From an uncultured Planctomycetia bacterium (GTDB lineage Bacteria; Omnitrophota; Gorgyraeia; Tantalellales; Tantalellaceae), in assembly GCA_964572255.1 (NCBI GenBank), contig CAZNEE010000001.1, positions 139,520-203,519 of the forward strand: 64,000 nt of DNA. Reading direction: 5' to 3'. The first letter of the stretch is position 1. Each line of letters starts with the position of its first letter. Made by a program: the position numbers and the translations under genes. The notes under the pieces were generated by a model. The model searched no databases. It saw only the letters and a program-made list of their open reading frames with translations, and was not told where the DNA came from. Positions 29,501 through 38,009 of this stretch are shown here, piece by piece.

Positions 29501-32500
29501 GTTATCCCGAGTATTGACACACCGGCATTCGACGATTTTGTTGATGAAATTTATCTTCTTGATATGGGAACGGTCAAAAAGGGGAAACAAACAGACGATG
29601 GGGATGCTTTTGTTATGGGGGATCTTTTAGATGTTTCTCAGCAGTTAACCCAGCAGGCAAAATCACTTCCGTTCTCTCCTTCGTATATGTCACCTGAGAC
29701 AGTCGAACTTCTTTATAGCTTTGACGATAGTTCAAAATCAAAGGGCGAAAAAACCATAATAACATTCTCGGATGGGAAAGAGTCCGCTGCGCCAGATGGT
29801 GAAAGCGTCGAGGTTGCCGAGGTCGTCGAGGAAGAGCAATCCCATCAAAAGCCAAAAGTCACCCTTGGTACACCAACTGATATATATTCCTGGGGGGTTT
29901 CAGGTTATGAACTTTTTACAACAGAACTCACAACAAGCGGCGCGAAGAACCCGGTCGCCATAATGGGCGAGGTTTTGAACAATGAGGTGGAGTCTCCGCG
30001 AAGGGTTATTGCAAGATTGAACAGGGCGATGGAACCTAATGCAAAGACACCAAGAGAGGTCTTAGATAAGATTCATGCCAATTTATATAAGATCTTATCA
30101 AGCGAAAAGGATCCTGCCAAGAGGGTTGTCATTAAAAGCAATGACCCGAAGGATGTTGTGTGGGACGAGGTTATTGTGCGGGGGAACGAGGAAAATTTAA
30201 GAGATCGCCTGGAGGATATATTATGGCAAGATGATTCTCTTTTTGATTTGGGTTTAATGAGTTCAGATGAAACCGCAGTCGAATCCATAATAAACAGGCT
30301 TTGCAATAATATTACATATCTTGTTTTCCCGAGAATACCGCAAATGGACGAACACATGGAATTATTGCTTCTTAAATGTCTTGAGAAAGATCCTGAAAAT
30401 CGCCCTTCAGTAAAAGTCTTGGATGACGAGATAGATAAGTTGCTTCATAACAGGCAAGAGGCCATGATCTATCAGCCGGCAGGCGAAGCAAGCTGGGGCA
30501 CCCGTTTTGGTAAGTGGGTCGAACGTAATGCAAAATTAGCTTTAACGTTAGCCGGTGTGATCATACTTACTCTGGTTACTGCAGTGGTGGGTTTAGTGGT
30601 TTATTTTGATCAAAAAACCACCACGTTGAACGAAGCTGCCGAAAAAGCGGAAGCCGCGAGAACAAGAGCCGAAAGACAAACGAGAGAAGCCGAGACGGCG
30701 CAAAAAACACTTGCAGAGGAAAAGGACAAGCTTACTCAGGAGAAGGAAAAATTCGAAAAAGAAGTTGAAAGGAAGAACGAGGAATTGGCCGATAAAGAAA
30801 AACTGTTAGCCGCGAAGGATATTGAGATCAGGAAAAAGAGGGAAGAATTGTTAAAAATGCAGAAAGAGCTGGACGCAAAGACCAAACAGGTGGAAGAGGT
30901 AGCGAAGCAGCTGGCGGAGTTTGAAAAGAAAAAAGGTATTTACGCCAAGGACATCGATAATCTGACGGAAAAAAAAGGAAGCCTTCAGGAATCCATGAAA
31001 GAGATGACCCTGGCGATGAAGAAACTTGAAGAGGATAAGAAGCGGCTTCTTATCGATAAAAAGAACCTTGAGGAAGAGAAGAAAAAACTCGAAGAGGAAA
31101 AAGAAGTTCTCGCAAGGAAGTTCAAAGAGCTCAGCGAAAGCGTCCCGGGCATTTTTGAGGAGGCTAAAAAGCTGGCAAGAAATTATGAAGACGAAGAAGC
31201 TTTCGAAGCTTTAGCTAATCTGCCGCATTGGGGCATTGACAACGAAGAGAGCCTCGCGAAATTAACCCTCGGTTTTGACGAAGTGTTCAAGATATTCGTG
31301 GACAACGGACAATTCAATGAGGCTGTAAAGTTGGAAGAAGTCAGAAGGGATCTTTTCAGATTCGGCTTCAGTAAACTGGAGACGGAAGCATCAAAGAAGA
31401 CCTTTGAAAGCGAGATCAATGCGGTAAAAGCCATGTTGGCGGCGGGGTATCATGATAAAGCCATGAGCCAGACCGTCAACCTGATGGAAAAAACAATATA
31501 TAAAAATTCCAAAGAATGGATGGAGATATTAAAGGGTCTGTTCGCGGGAATAGTGATCGAGCATGCATATTATGAAAAGGATGCCCAGAAAAGAACCGAC
31601 AGGATAAACAGCGCGAAGGCCCTGATAGATGAGACCGGCAGCGAGGATGAAAGATATTTCCGTTTTGCCGGCTTTTATATGGTCTCAGGGGATTACGCAG
31701 CAGCGGCCAAATACTATAAAAGGTATTGTGACCACTGGGCGGAACAGGCTAAAGAAAAAGACATAGCCGAAGACGTTAAGAAAAACAGGCTCGAAAAAGC
31801 TTCATATGGCTTGATCTCGAGTGCCGTGGCCCATCTAAAAAGAGCGGAGGCCGCAAAGAGCAAAGATAAAAAGGAAGTAGCTGAATATGCGATGAAAATA
31901 CTCCAGGAGTGGGAGAAATCCTATACCGAACAAAAAGAGCACTTGGCATGGGCCAATTTCGTAAAAGGCGAATTGTACGTACTGATGAAAGAACGGGACA
32001 AGGCCGAGGAAGCCTATAATGGGTCCCTTAAACTTGCGAATGAAAATGGCCTGAAAGTTATTATCGCTTTATGTGAAGCGAGATTGGGGCAAGAGGTCAA
32101 GTTCAGCGATCTGTTAAATACGTGGACGACTTTTATTTCAAGCGAAGTGCCCCTGCCTTTTAGGGCGGAAATAAGAAGTATCTTGAGAAGCGCGACAACA
32201 AAATACCGGTCCGAACTTCAAAAAGCCAAACGTGAAGCCGAGGAAGAAAAAAGGAAGAAAGAGGAAGAGGAGCGGAGAAAAAAAGAAGCAGAGGAAAAGA
32301 TCCAGGGCAAACTTCTTGAGGATATAAAATGGCCGAAAGAGATCGATATCAAACTCATTCAGATAAATAAGGGGATACAGACTCTTACTCGCAATAAAGG
32401 GTTCGGAGATAAGCAGCAGAGGAATGATGCTGAAAAACAGCTTGCCAAGCTTATGGAAGAAAAAGAAAAACTGGAAGCGAAAAAAGCTAAATATTTAACG

Positions 32501-33280
32501 CAAGAACCACTCAAAGCATCAACGGGCGGACCGATGGCAGTAGTTTTCAGTTTAAACATTTTGTTAGGAGTTGTGACAAGTCTTGCGAAAAGCTTATCTA
32601 GTAAATTTCCAAAACTTTCTGGATATAGCGAAGAAGATAAGGGTAAAGGGTTGATATTATTTGCCGATGATATGATATATGCTGATAAAGAAGTGGATTA
32701 TTCTGCTGTATTTGATCTGGATAAACTTGCAAAAACTATAGGGGAAGAAGGTTCTTCTTTGATCGGTAAGATAGTAATTTATGCGGAAAATATCAATAAG
32801 GCAAAAATACTGGAGACAATTATAAAAACAGCCAATAAAAATGCTGTCGTGGAAATAGTAACAAGCGATAAGCTTGTGGCGAGCAATAATGGAGATTGCC
32901 GAGAATCGACAATTAAAGACTTATTAGAGTATTGCAGACATCCGAAGAACGGCATTGGGTTCAAAAGTCATAAAGATGTGCTCGGCATAATACGCGGGCG
33001 TCTTTCGGAGAAAGAAAAACAAAAATTGGAAATAGAATACAGAAGCACTGCTCATAAGATACCGCCCATAGTTGAATTTGTAGAGATAAAAAAGGGAAAC
33101 GTTTATTCGATTATGGAAGCTGTAAATATACTTATTAACCAGCTTGATCCGGAAAAGAGACAAGATGTCAGCTCTTTAGTTATACTTGCGCTCAAACCGA
33201 TAGTAAAAATGTCTGAAACCTTACAGGAAGAATATAATAAATATATCCATCAGGTCATGGCTCTCGAAAGCGCCGCGTAA
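26552..33280 (+). CDS. Giant (2242 aa) multidomain membrane protein with an embedded Ser/Thr protein kinase-like domain, long coiled-coils, a TPR-like helical region and a Lys-rich segment
   Basis: Uninterrupted 6.7-kb ORF. Hanks motifs are present: GxGxxG (EKGGFGIVY), AIK (ELAIKFF), catalytic loop HRDIKPAQ, a DFG variant (LLDMGTV), an APE-like SPE (YMSPE) and DIYSWGVSG. There are hydrophobic segments at residues 1-28, 225-275 and 1330-1352, and heptad-rich stretches such as KEKEKFEKEVERKNEELADKEKLL... Confidence 0.8.
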   Translation: MKNVGKLKIIKVISIIVLITFSFQNITWANPDIFQSRSIVAGQHMAVMGYGRQYGFNLAAMMCFAKIGNEFFANILKNELPPDHERWDEHHQYLVKEVNEYINTSPHILSQIKRDVTRRDISFDGETLKIKYKNVEGKEFIVCLARGVNDKPGQYEIINGIPQIDGILVEFRDPLDKAQDTRQDKVIKKDGDAVKPSDVSDETKADNEQDQKNDIEGKTDLRDGFTRIELLSAVAAAGLILPIVVSYPTLLLPILIASISSLILTLAYYYSFPLFKDLIGKISLRNPFIFTELAGTGIKVPSGLQLPVLFAAPDDNKGKGGKGEQKPQGKKPVPVGKKKGKVVARPAKKKVFLDNRSLLNTLLRHARIFNVKNREQAEQKLEEILSSLSMTMKPQGGVSTSVKDIGDVLRDLNGQGNVFFRDVKHRSTAGHKGRSSSSSRTGYKYFDRLVDNRVFQDRIKRTLSTVRFYMGNNPTIFGQPRRLSRVYFGSSTGYFDVRDNLQYAHVVDIVVLVDGKSHIKPVADIPKTREEIEEAFHEFRNVRKINVEVVGFDELEAAVQGDPSLPIERIEHLRTLLIKIYREYVQIAGSSLVKENNEEIFSERLKLLEIAYVNRLVRELNEFAGKKEKLREAHEKKEDERVQLPIKRRENLKKANEELGSIEMRIEELEVQASSLFGTTDLTAIDQKVAEELPMLSAKWNEAYIREGGEGGKASIKNPQKHVEYQQIYEQYQEKQGLLNALKNLHKEKIAIEEKIKEVRGSTSGKVEEINDQLKQIRLEIEETERNYELLCKRIEDAMYGQTYITPGTVIGGKYQIVSELEKGGFGIVYNAKYIPSYVEQSIDDRERERMRNAELAIKFFVPAIALSERQREVAEKRFLNERKTHKELSEDSAPIPMFRDEGEYADLHYLVMDRVPLKGKGMTLDKIIAEIEAGHIKLDYRQKVILYWAITKRLRKFHGKGGIHRDIKPAQFMIPMAEDGSLVIPSIDTPAFDDFVDEIYLLDMGTVKKGKQTDDGDAFVMGDLLDVSQQLTQQAKSLPFSPSYMSPETVELLYSFDDSSKSKGEKTIITFSDGKESAAPDGESVEVAEVVEEEQSHQKPKVTLGTPTDIYSWGVSGYELFTTELTTSGAKNPVAIMGEVLNNEVESPRRVIARLNRAMEPNAKTPREVLDKIHANLYKILSSEKDPAKRVVIKSNDPKDVVWDEVIVRGNEENLRDRLEDILWQDDSLFDLGLMSSDETAVESIINRLCNNITYLVFPRIPQMDEHMELLLLKCLEKDPENRPSVKVLDDEIDKLLHNRQEAMIYQPAGEASWGTRFGKWVERNAKLALTLAGVIILTLVTAVVGLVVYFDQKTTTLNEAAEKAEAARTRAERQTREAETAQKTLAEEKDKLTQEKEKFEKEVERKNEELADKEKLLAAKDIEIRKKREELLKMQKELDAKTKQVEEVAKQLAEFEKKKGIYAKDIDNLTEKKGSLQESMKEMTLAMKKLEEDKKRLLIDKKNLEEEKKKLEEEKEVLARKFKELSESVPGIFEEAKKLARNYEDEEAFEALANLPHWGIDNEESLAKLTLGFDEVFKIFVDNGQFNEAVKLEEVRRDLFRFGFSKLETEASKKTFESEINAVKAMLAAGYHDKAMSQTVNLMEKTIYKNSKEWMEILKGLFAGIVIEHAYYEKDAQKRTDRINSAKALIDETGSEDERYFRFAGFYMVSGDYAAAAKYYKRYCDHWAEQAKEKDIAEDVKKNRLEKASYGLISSAVAHLKRAEAAKSKDKKEVAEYAMKILQEWEKSYTEQKEHLAWANFVKGELYVLMKERDKAEEAYNGSLKLANENGLKVIIALCEARLGQEVKFSDLLNTWTTFISSEVPLPFRAEIRSILRSATTKYRSELQKAKREAEEEKRKKEEEERRKKEAEEKIQGKLLEDIKWPKEIDIKLIQINKGIQTLTRNKGFGDKQQRNDAEKQLAKLMEEKEKLEAKKAKYLTQEPLKASTGGPMAVVFSLNILLGVVTSLAKSLSSKFPKLSGYSEEDKGKGLILFADDMIYADKEVDYSAVFDLDKLAKTIGEEGSSLIGKIVIYAENINKAKILETIIKTANKNAVVEIVTSDKLVASNNGDCRESTIKDLLEYCRHPKNGIGFKSHKDVLGIIRGRLSEKEKQKLEIEYRSTAHKIPPIVEFVEIKKGNVYSIMEAVNILINQLDPEKRQDVSSLVILALKPIVKMSETLQEEYNKYIHQVMALESAA

Positions 33281-33411
33281 TCATTCGGTATAAATGCCAG
33301 GATGCCGGCCATCAAAAATCTACCTTGCAATTTTTCGTTGCCATTATTTATATTAATGTGCTAATATAATACGCGTTCGTTTCTATCTTTTGAATACAAC
33401 AAGGAGGGAAA

Positions 33412-33798
33412 ATGTTCAGATTTGTAGCAGGAATGATAATCATTACACTTTTATTGGCTGTTCCCGTTACTGATTGTTTTGCTCAAAGAAGTTCTTCAGA
33501 TCTGCTTAAACAGGGTCTTCTTGGAGCAGGAGCAGGTGCTGTGGGAGGCGCGGCTTCAGGAGCTAAAGGGAGAGACGTCTGGAAAGGCGCCCTTGCTGGT
33601 GCCGGTGTCAATATTATAGGCGGCGCACTTCTTGATTCAATGAGCGGCGAGAAGGTAAAGGACGTCCAGCAGGTCGATTCCGTGAGCCCGAGAACAGCTT
33701 ATTCGGATGGTTATGAAGACGGGTACAGGAACGGTTATAAAAAAGGCTATACAGAAGGTTACCAAGAAGGCCTTAAAGAGTCATATCAATCCCGTTAA
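33412..33798 (+). CDS. Secreted glycine-zipper protein (Gly_zipper_2TM-like) with a C-terminal (D/E/N)GY repeat tail
   Basis: Signal peptide, then GAGAGAVGGAASGAKG...GALAGAGVNIIGGALL, then DGYEDGYRNGYKKGYTEGYQEG. RBS AAGGAGGG upstream. Confidence 0.6.
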   Translation: MFRFVAGMIIITLLLAVPVTDCFAQRSSSDLLKQGLLGAGAGAVGGAASGAKGRDVWKGALAGAGVNIIGGALLDSMSGEKVKDVQQVDSVSPRTAYSDGYEDGYRNGYKKGYTEGYQEGLKESYQSR

Positions 33799-33876
33799 TT
33801 TTGTATAAATTTATAAGGGAGTAAAGAATACCGAAAAAAGTACTTTACTCCCTTTTTCTATTGAAGGATAGTTTAA

Positions 33877-34998
33877 ATGAAAAAAGATAATGAATCAAAA
33901 TCAAATCCGCTCTCGGAATTTCTCAGCGATAAGGAAGAGATAATTCTTCATGAAGAAGCATTGGTCGAAAGTATAAGGCGTTTTCAGGATCTTTTCGAGC
34001 AATCTCCTATAGGTGTTGCTCTATATGATTCGAAAGGCGAGATCCTGCTGACAAATAAGGCTTACCTGGAAGTTTTTGGGATCAGCTCATTTGGTGTGAT
34101 ACAGAAAAAGAATCTTTTTAAGAGTTTATTGCCTTTGGATGAAGGGGCAGAACTGCGCTCAGGAAAGTTCGTGCAGTATGAGCAGGAGTGTGATTTTGAA
34201 TCTTTGGGATACGAAACAAGCAGAGAAGGTTCCGGACATATCCTTTTTATAGTATCGCCTCTTCTTAGGGAAAATAAAGTGATCGCTTACATGGAACAGG
34301 TTCAGGATATTACGGAACGCAAAAAGATAGCGGAGTCGCAAAGACTTGCCCAGCTTGGAAGGCTGCTCTCGGATATAGCGCATGAAGTGAACAATCCCCT
34401 CATGATAATTTCAGGAAGAGCAGAACTTGCATTGATGGATGAGGTAAAAGACCCTGAGCTCAAGAAAACACTTGAGGTAATATTGGATCAGTGTTTTCTT
34501 GCAAAAGATATCATTCAGCGAGTCCTCAAATATGCAAGGTTGGGGAAAGTCGAAAAACATCCTTTAGATATAGCTCAAACATTGGACCTTATCTTGAATA
34601 TTCTTGACCATCAGTTCCGTATGTCAAATATAGAATTGAAAAGAGAAATTGATGCCGATCTTCCCAAGATATACGGCAATGAGAAGCAGTTTCAGGAAGT
34701 TTTCATGAATATCATACGCAACTCCGCCGATGCAATGCCTGACGGAGGGGTTATTGATGTAGCTGCCTCAAAAAATAAGGGTTTTATCAAAGTGCAGATA
34801 AAAGATAATGGGGTCGGCATTGAAAAAGATGTTCTATCCAGGATATTTGAGCCGTTTTTTACTACAAAACAAAAAGGGACCGGTTTAGGCCTGGCGATCA
34901 CATATTCGATCATCCAGGAGCATGGCGGAGAATTGAAATATGACAGTGAAATAGGCAAGGGTACAACAGCGACCATTTTACTGCCTTTTGCGGATTGA
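33877..34998 (+). CDS. Cytoplasmic PAS-domain sensor histidine kinase
   Basis: PAS region, HisKA H-box (IAHEVNNPLMIISGRAELA), and the N and G boxes (IRNSADAM, DNGVGI, GTGLGLAI). Confidence 0.85.
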   Translation: MKKDNESKSNPLSEFLSDKEEIILHEEALVESIRRFQDLFEQSPIGVALYDSKGEILLTNKAYLEVFGISSFGVIQKKNLFKSLLPLDEGAELRSGKFVQYEQECDFESLGYETSREGSGHILFIVSPLLRENKVIAYMEQVQDITERKKIAESQRLAQLGRLLSDIAHEVNNPLMIISGRAELALMDEVKDPELKKTLEVILDQCFLAKDIIQRVLKYARLGKVEKHPLDIAQTLDLILNILDHQFRMSNIELKREIDADLPKIYGNEKQFQEVFMNIIRNSADAMPDGGVIDVAASKNKGFIKVQIKDNGVGIEKDVLSRIFEPFFTTKQKGTGLGLAITYSIIQEHGGELKYDSEIGKGTTATILLPFAD

Positions 34999-35048
34999 AT
35001 TTTCAAGAATTAAAGCGCTCAAAGGTAGATGTTTTGAAAGGGGGGAAT

Positions 35049-35444
35049 ATGGTAAATTTTAAAAGGATCATTGGTTTTACTTTTGTTTTGTTATTAACAT
35101 TTTCATCAGCCGGCCTTGTAGCGTGTTTTTCCGAAGAAGTTACGGATTATACACTGTCAACGGATGCCCGGCTCAGCGAGCCTAAGGAAAGCTTCCGGAA
35201 GGGCCTTGAGTTCATGGATCGCGGCGGAAAAGAATTAAGAAGAAGACCAGGCCAGGCGCAGAAGTATTACGAGCATGCAGAGGATTATTTCCTAAAAGCC
35301 GCTTTTATGTACGGAGAACTGGGACAAAAACACGGTATAGATACAAGCGCAGAGGTATCTTTATGTAATAATATGCAGCGCAAAGCTCATGTAAAGGTGA
35401 GCAAGGCGAGAAGAGCCAGAAAACGCGCCGGTTCAAATTTTTGA
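35049..35444 (+). CDS. Putative lipoprotein (131 aa)
   Basis: RBS AAAGGGGGG, a signal peptide with an LVAC lipobox, and a basic C-terminus. The track ORF from 34995 overlaps the histidine-kinase end; the internal ATG was chosen instead. Confidence 0.5.
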   Translation: MVNFKRIIGFTFVLLLTFSSAGLVACFSEEVTDYTLSTDARLSEPKESFRKGLEFMDRGGKELRRRPGQAQKYYEHAEDYFLKAAFMYGELGQKHGIDTSAEVSLCNNMQRKAHVKVSKARRARKRAGSNF

Positions 35445-35453
35445 GGAGGAAGA

Positions 35454-36404
35454 ATGTACAGAGAAGCTATAAAAGTGCTCGATTGCACGGTCCGCGACGG
35501 AGGTCTTATCAATGACCATTATTTTGACGATCATTTTGTAAGAGCGGTTTACGAAGCTGTTTCCGCTTCAGGCGTTGATTACATGGAGATAGGATATAAA
35601 TGCTCGAAAAAGATCATGTCTCCGGATAAATTCGGGAAATGGAAGTTTTGCGAAGAAGATGAGATAAAAAAGGCGATAAAAGGCATCGAGTCAAACACGA
35701 AACTTTCGGTTATGGTGGACGTAGGCCGTGTTGAAAAAGAAGAGATCCTTCCCTGCAAAGACAGTGTTGTCGATATGATCCGCGTAGCGACATATGTTAA
35801 GGATATTGATAAAGCGATAGATCTTGTTAATGATGCGGTGGATAAGGGCTATGAAGGCACGGTAAACATCATGGCCATATCGAGGGCCCTTGATAACGAA
35901 CTTGACGAGGCATTAGACCAGCTTGAGAGAGAAAGCAAGGCTTCCGTGGTTTATATTGTAGATAGTTTCGGCGCTCTTTACTCTGAAAGTGTCCAATATC
36001 TTGTAGCTAAGTATAAAAAATTCCTTAAAACAAAAGAAGTCGGCGTGCACATGCATAATAATCAGCAGCTTGGTTATGCAAATACGATTCAGGGGATCAT
36101 TGAAGGCGCTAATTATCTGGACGGGACAATATACGGGATCGGAAGAGCCGCGGGGAACTGTCCTTTGGAGCTTCTTTTGGGATTTCTCAAAAATCCTAAA
36201 TTTGATATAAGGCCTATCCTGGATGTTATCGCGAAAGAATTCATTCCTCTGAGGAAAAAGATGGAGTGGGGGTATGTTATCCCTTACGCGATCACGGGCA
36301 TGTTCAACGAGCATCCCCGTTCCGCCATGGCGCTGAGAAAGTCCGATAAGAAGGATAATTACAGGGAATTTTTCGAGAGCTTAATGCCTGCTGATCTTGA
36401 ATGA
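35454..36404 (+). CDS. HMGL-like aldolase (DRE-TIM metallolyase; 4-hydroxy-2-oxovalerate aldolase-like)
   Basis: LDCTVRDGG near the N-terminus and HMHNNQQLGYANTIQGIIEGANYLDGTIYGIGRAAGNCPLELL. Confidence 0.75.
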   Translation: MYREAIKVLDCTVRDGGLINDHYFDDHFVRAVYEAVSASGVDYMEIGYKCSKKIMSPDKFGKWKFCEEDEIKKAIKGIESNTKLSVMVDVGRVEKEEILPCKDSVVDMIRVATYVKDIDKAIDLVNDAVDKGYEGTVNIMAISRALDNELDEALDQLERESKASVVYIVDSFGALYSESVQYLVAKYKKFLKTKEVGVHMHNNQQLGYANTIQGIIEGANYLDGTIYGIGRAAGNCPLELLLGFLKNPKFDIRPILDVIAKEFIPLRKKMEWGYVIPYAITGMFNEHPRSAMALRKSDKKDNYREFFESLMPADLE

Positions 36405-37036
36405 TGAATCTAACAAACTTCGAAAAACTGCCTCTCATGGGAATAATGAGGGGTATAGAGAAAGCGGACATCGAGCCGCTTGTTGAAACTGTTATAGGAG
36501 CGGGGCTCGAGACGCTTGAAGTGACAATGAACACTCAAGGCGCACCTGACCTTATCAGGGAAGCGAGAAAGGCATCCGGAGGAAAATTAACCATAGGCGC
36601 TGGAACAGTTCTGTCTGAAGAAGACCTTGAAAAGGCGCTTGATGCCGGTGCGAGTTTTATAGTCATGCCCTGCAATATAAAAGAAGTGATCGAAACTTGC
36701 ATGAAGAGAAACATCCCTGTTTTTCCCGGCGCTTTTACCCCTACAGAAGTTTGGAATGCTCATAAAGCCGGGGCGGCAATGGTAAAAGTTTTTCCCTCAA
36801 GCGTGTTCGGCCCGAAATACATTAAAGAACTTAAAGGGCCTTTTAATGATGTAAAACTCATGGCTGTCGGCGGGGTAAAGTTAGAGAATATCGGTGAATA
36901 TTTCTCGAACGGGGCGAGTGCCGTGGCTTTCGGTTCGAGCGTATTCAGGAAAGAATGGTTCGATAAAAGAGATTTCAAGTCTATCGGCTCACTTGTAAAG
37001 AAATATGTTGAAGAAGTTGAAAAGCATATATGTTAA
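36401..37036 (+). CDS. eda: KDPG/KHG aldolase family (Eda-like)
   Basis: PLMGIMRGIEKADIEPLVETVIGAGLETLEVTMNT...; 211 aa; coupled by an ATGA overlap to the upstream aldolase. Confidence 0.75.
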   Translation: MMNLTNFEKLPLMGIMRGIEKADIEPLVETVIGAGLETLEVTMNTQGAPDLIREARKASGGKLTIGAGTVLSEEDLEKALDAGASFIVMPCNIKEVIETCMKRNIPVFPGAFTPTEVWNAHKAGAAMVKVFPSSVFGPKYIKELKGPFNDVKLMAVGGVKLENIGEYFSNGASAVAFGSSVFRKEWFDKRDFKSIGSLVKKYVEEVEKHIC

Positions 37037-37055
37037 AAATTCAAACAGTATTCTA

Positions 37056-37090
37056 AAGGGGTCCCCTTAAAAGTTTTAGTCTTTTTTATA
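37056..37090 (+). terminator. Putative intrinsic terminator after eda (AAGGG-GTC-CCCTT hairpin followed by a T-rich tract)
   Basis: Seen in the sequence 20 nt after the stop: aaggggtcccctt aaaagttttagtctttttta. Confidence 0.35.
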
Positions 37091-37247
37091 ACTTTTGGAA
37101 GAAACAGGCGTAAAATATGTTTGAGCCTTGCTTTTAACGTTTGGGCGAGTTTATTTTACGCCCTTTCAAAATGTTAAAAAAAAGACGTTAAGAAACTTTC
37201 GGGGAAAAGAATACTGTTTTAATCTTTAAAGCTAATGTTTTTAGTTT

Positions 37248-38006
37248 ATGAGAATATTGTCCTGGAACGTTAACGGGATCAGATCGATCGCTGATAAGGG
37301 TTTTCTCGAATGGTTCAAGAAAGAATCTCCCGACATTCTTTGCCTTCAGGAAACAAAAGCTGCTCCTGATCAATTGAATAAATCATTAAGCTCTCCCAAA
37401 GGATATCACGTTTACTGGAATAATCCCCAGCGCAAGGGGTATGCCGGTGTTGCTGTTTATTCCAGGACTGAACCCCGTTCTGTAGAAAAAAAGTTCGGGT
37501 ATGGATCTTTTAATACGGAGGGGAGAGCCCTTATTTTGGATTATAAGAAATTCATTCTTATAAACTGCTATTTTCCGAATGGCAGAATGAGCCGGCAGCG
37601 CCTTAAATATAAATTGAAGTTTTATGATGAGTTTTTAAAGTTTACCGATAACTTAAAGAACAGGAACATAATTATTTGCGGGGATTTTAACACCGCGCAT
37701 AAGGAGATAGATCTTGCCCGGCCCAAAGAAAACGAGATGTTTTCAGGGTTTCTGCCGGTCGAAAGGAAATGGATGGATAAATTCACTTCACACGGATATA
37801 TCGACAGTTTCAGGCATTTCGCGAAGGACGGTGGGAATTATACATACTGGGATTATAAGACCAGGGCCAGAGAAAGAAATGTCGGCTGGAGAATAGATTA
37901 TTTTTTCGTGACAAGAGAATTTATAAAAAATCTTAAGAAGGCTTTTATTATGCCGGAAGTTACCGGTGCGGACCATTGCCCGATCGGCATTGAGATCGCT
38001 GCGTAA
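37248..38006 (+). CDS. xth: Exodeoxyribonuclease III (AP endonuclease, Xth family)
   Basis: MRILSWNVNGIRS...LCLQETK...; 252 aa with a C-terminal DHCPI motif. Confidence 0.9.
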   Translation: MRILSWNVNGIRSIADKGFLEWFKKESPDILCLQETKAAPDQLNKSLSSPKGYHVYWNNPQRKGYAGVAVYSRTEPRSVEKKFGYGSFNTEGRALILDYKKFILINCYFPNGRMSRQRLKYKLKFYDEFLKFTDNLKNRNIIICGDFNTAHKEIDLARPKENEMFSGFLPVERKWMDKFTSHGYIDSFRHFAKDGGNYTYWDYKTRARERNVGWRIDYFFVTREFIKNLKKAFIMPEVTGADHCPIGIEIAA

Positions 38007-38009
38007 ATA

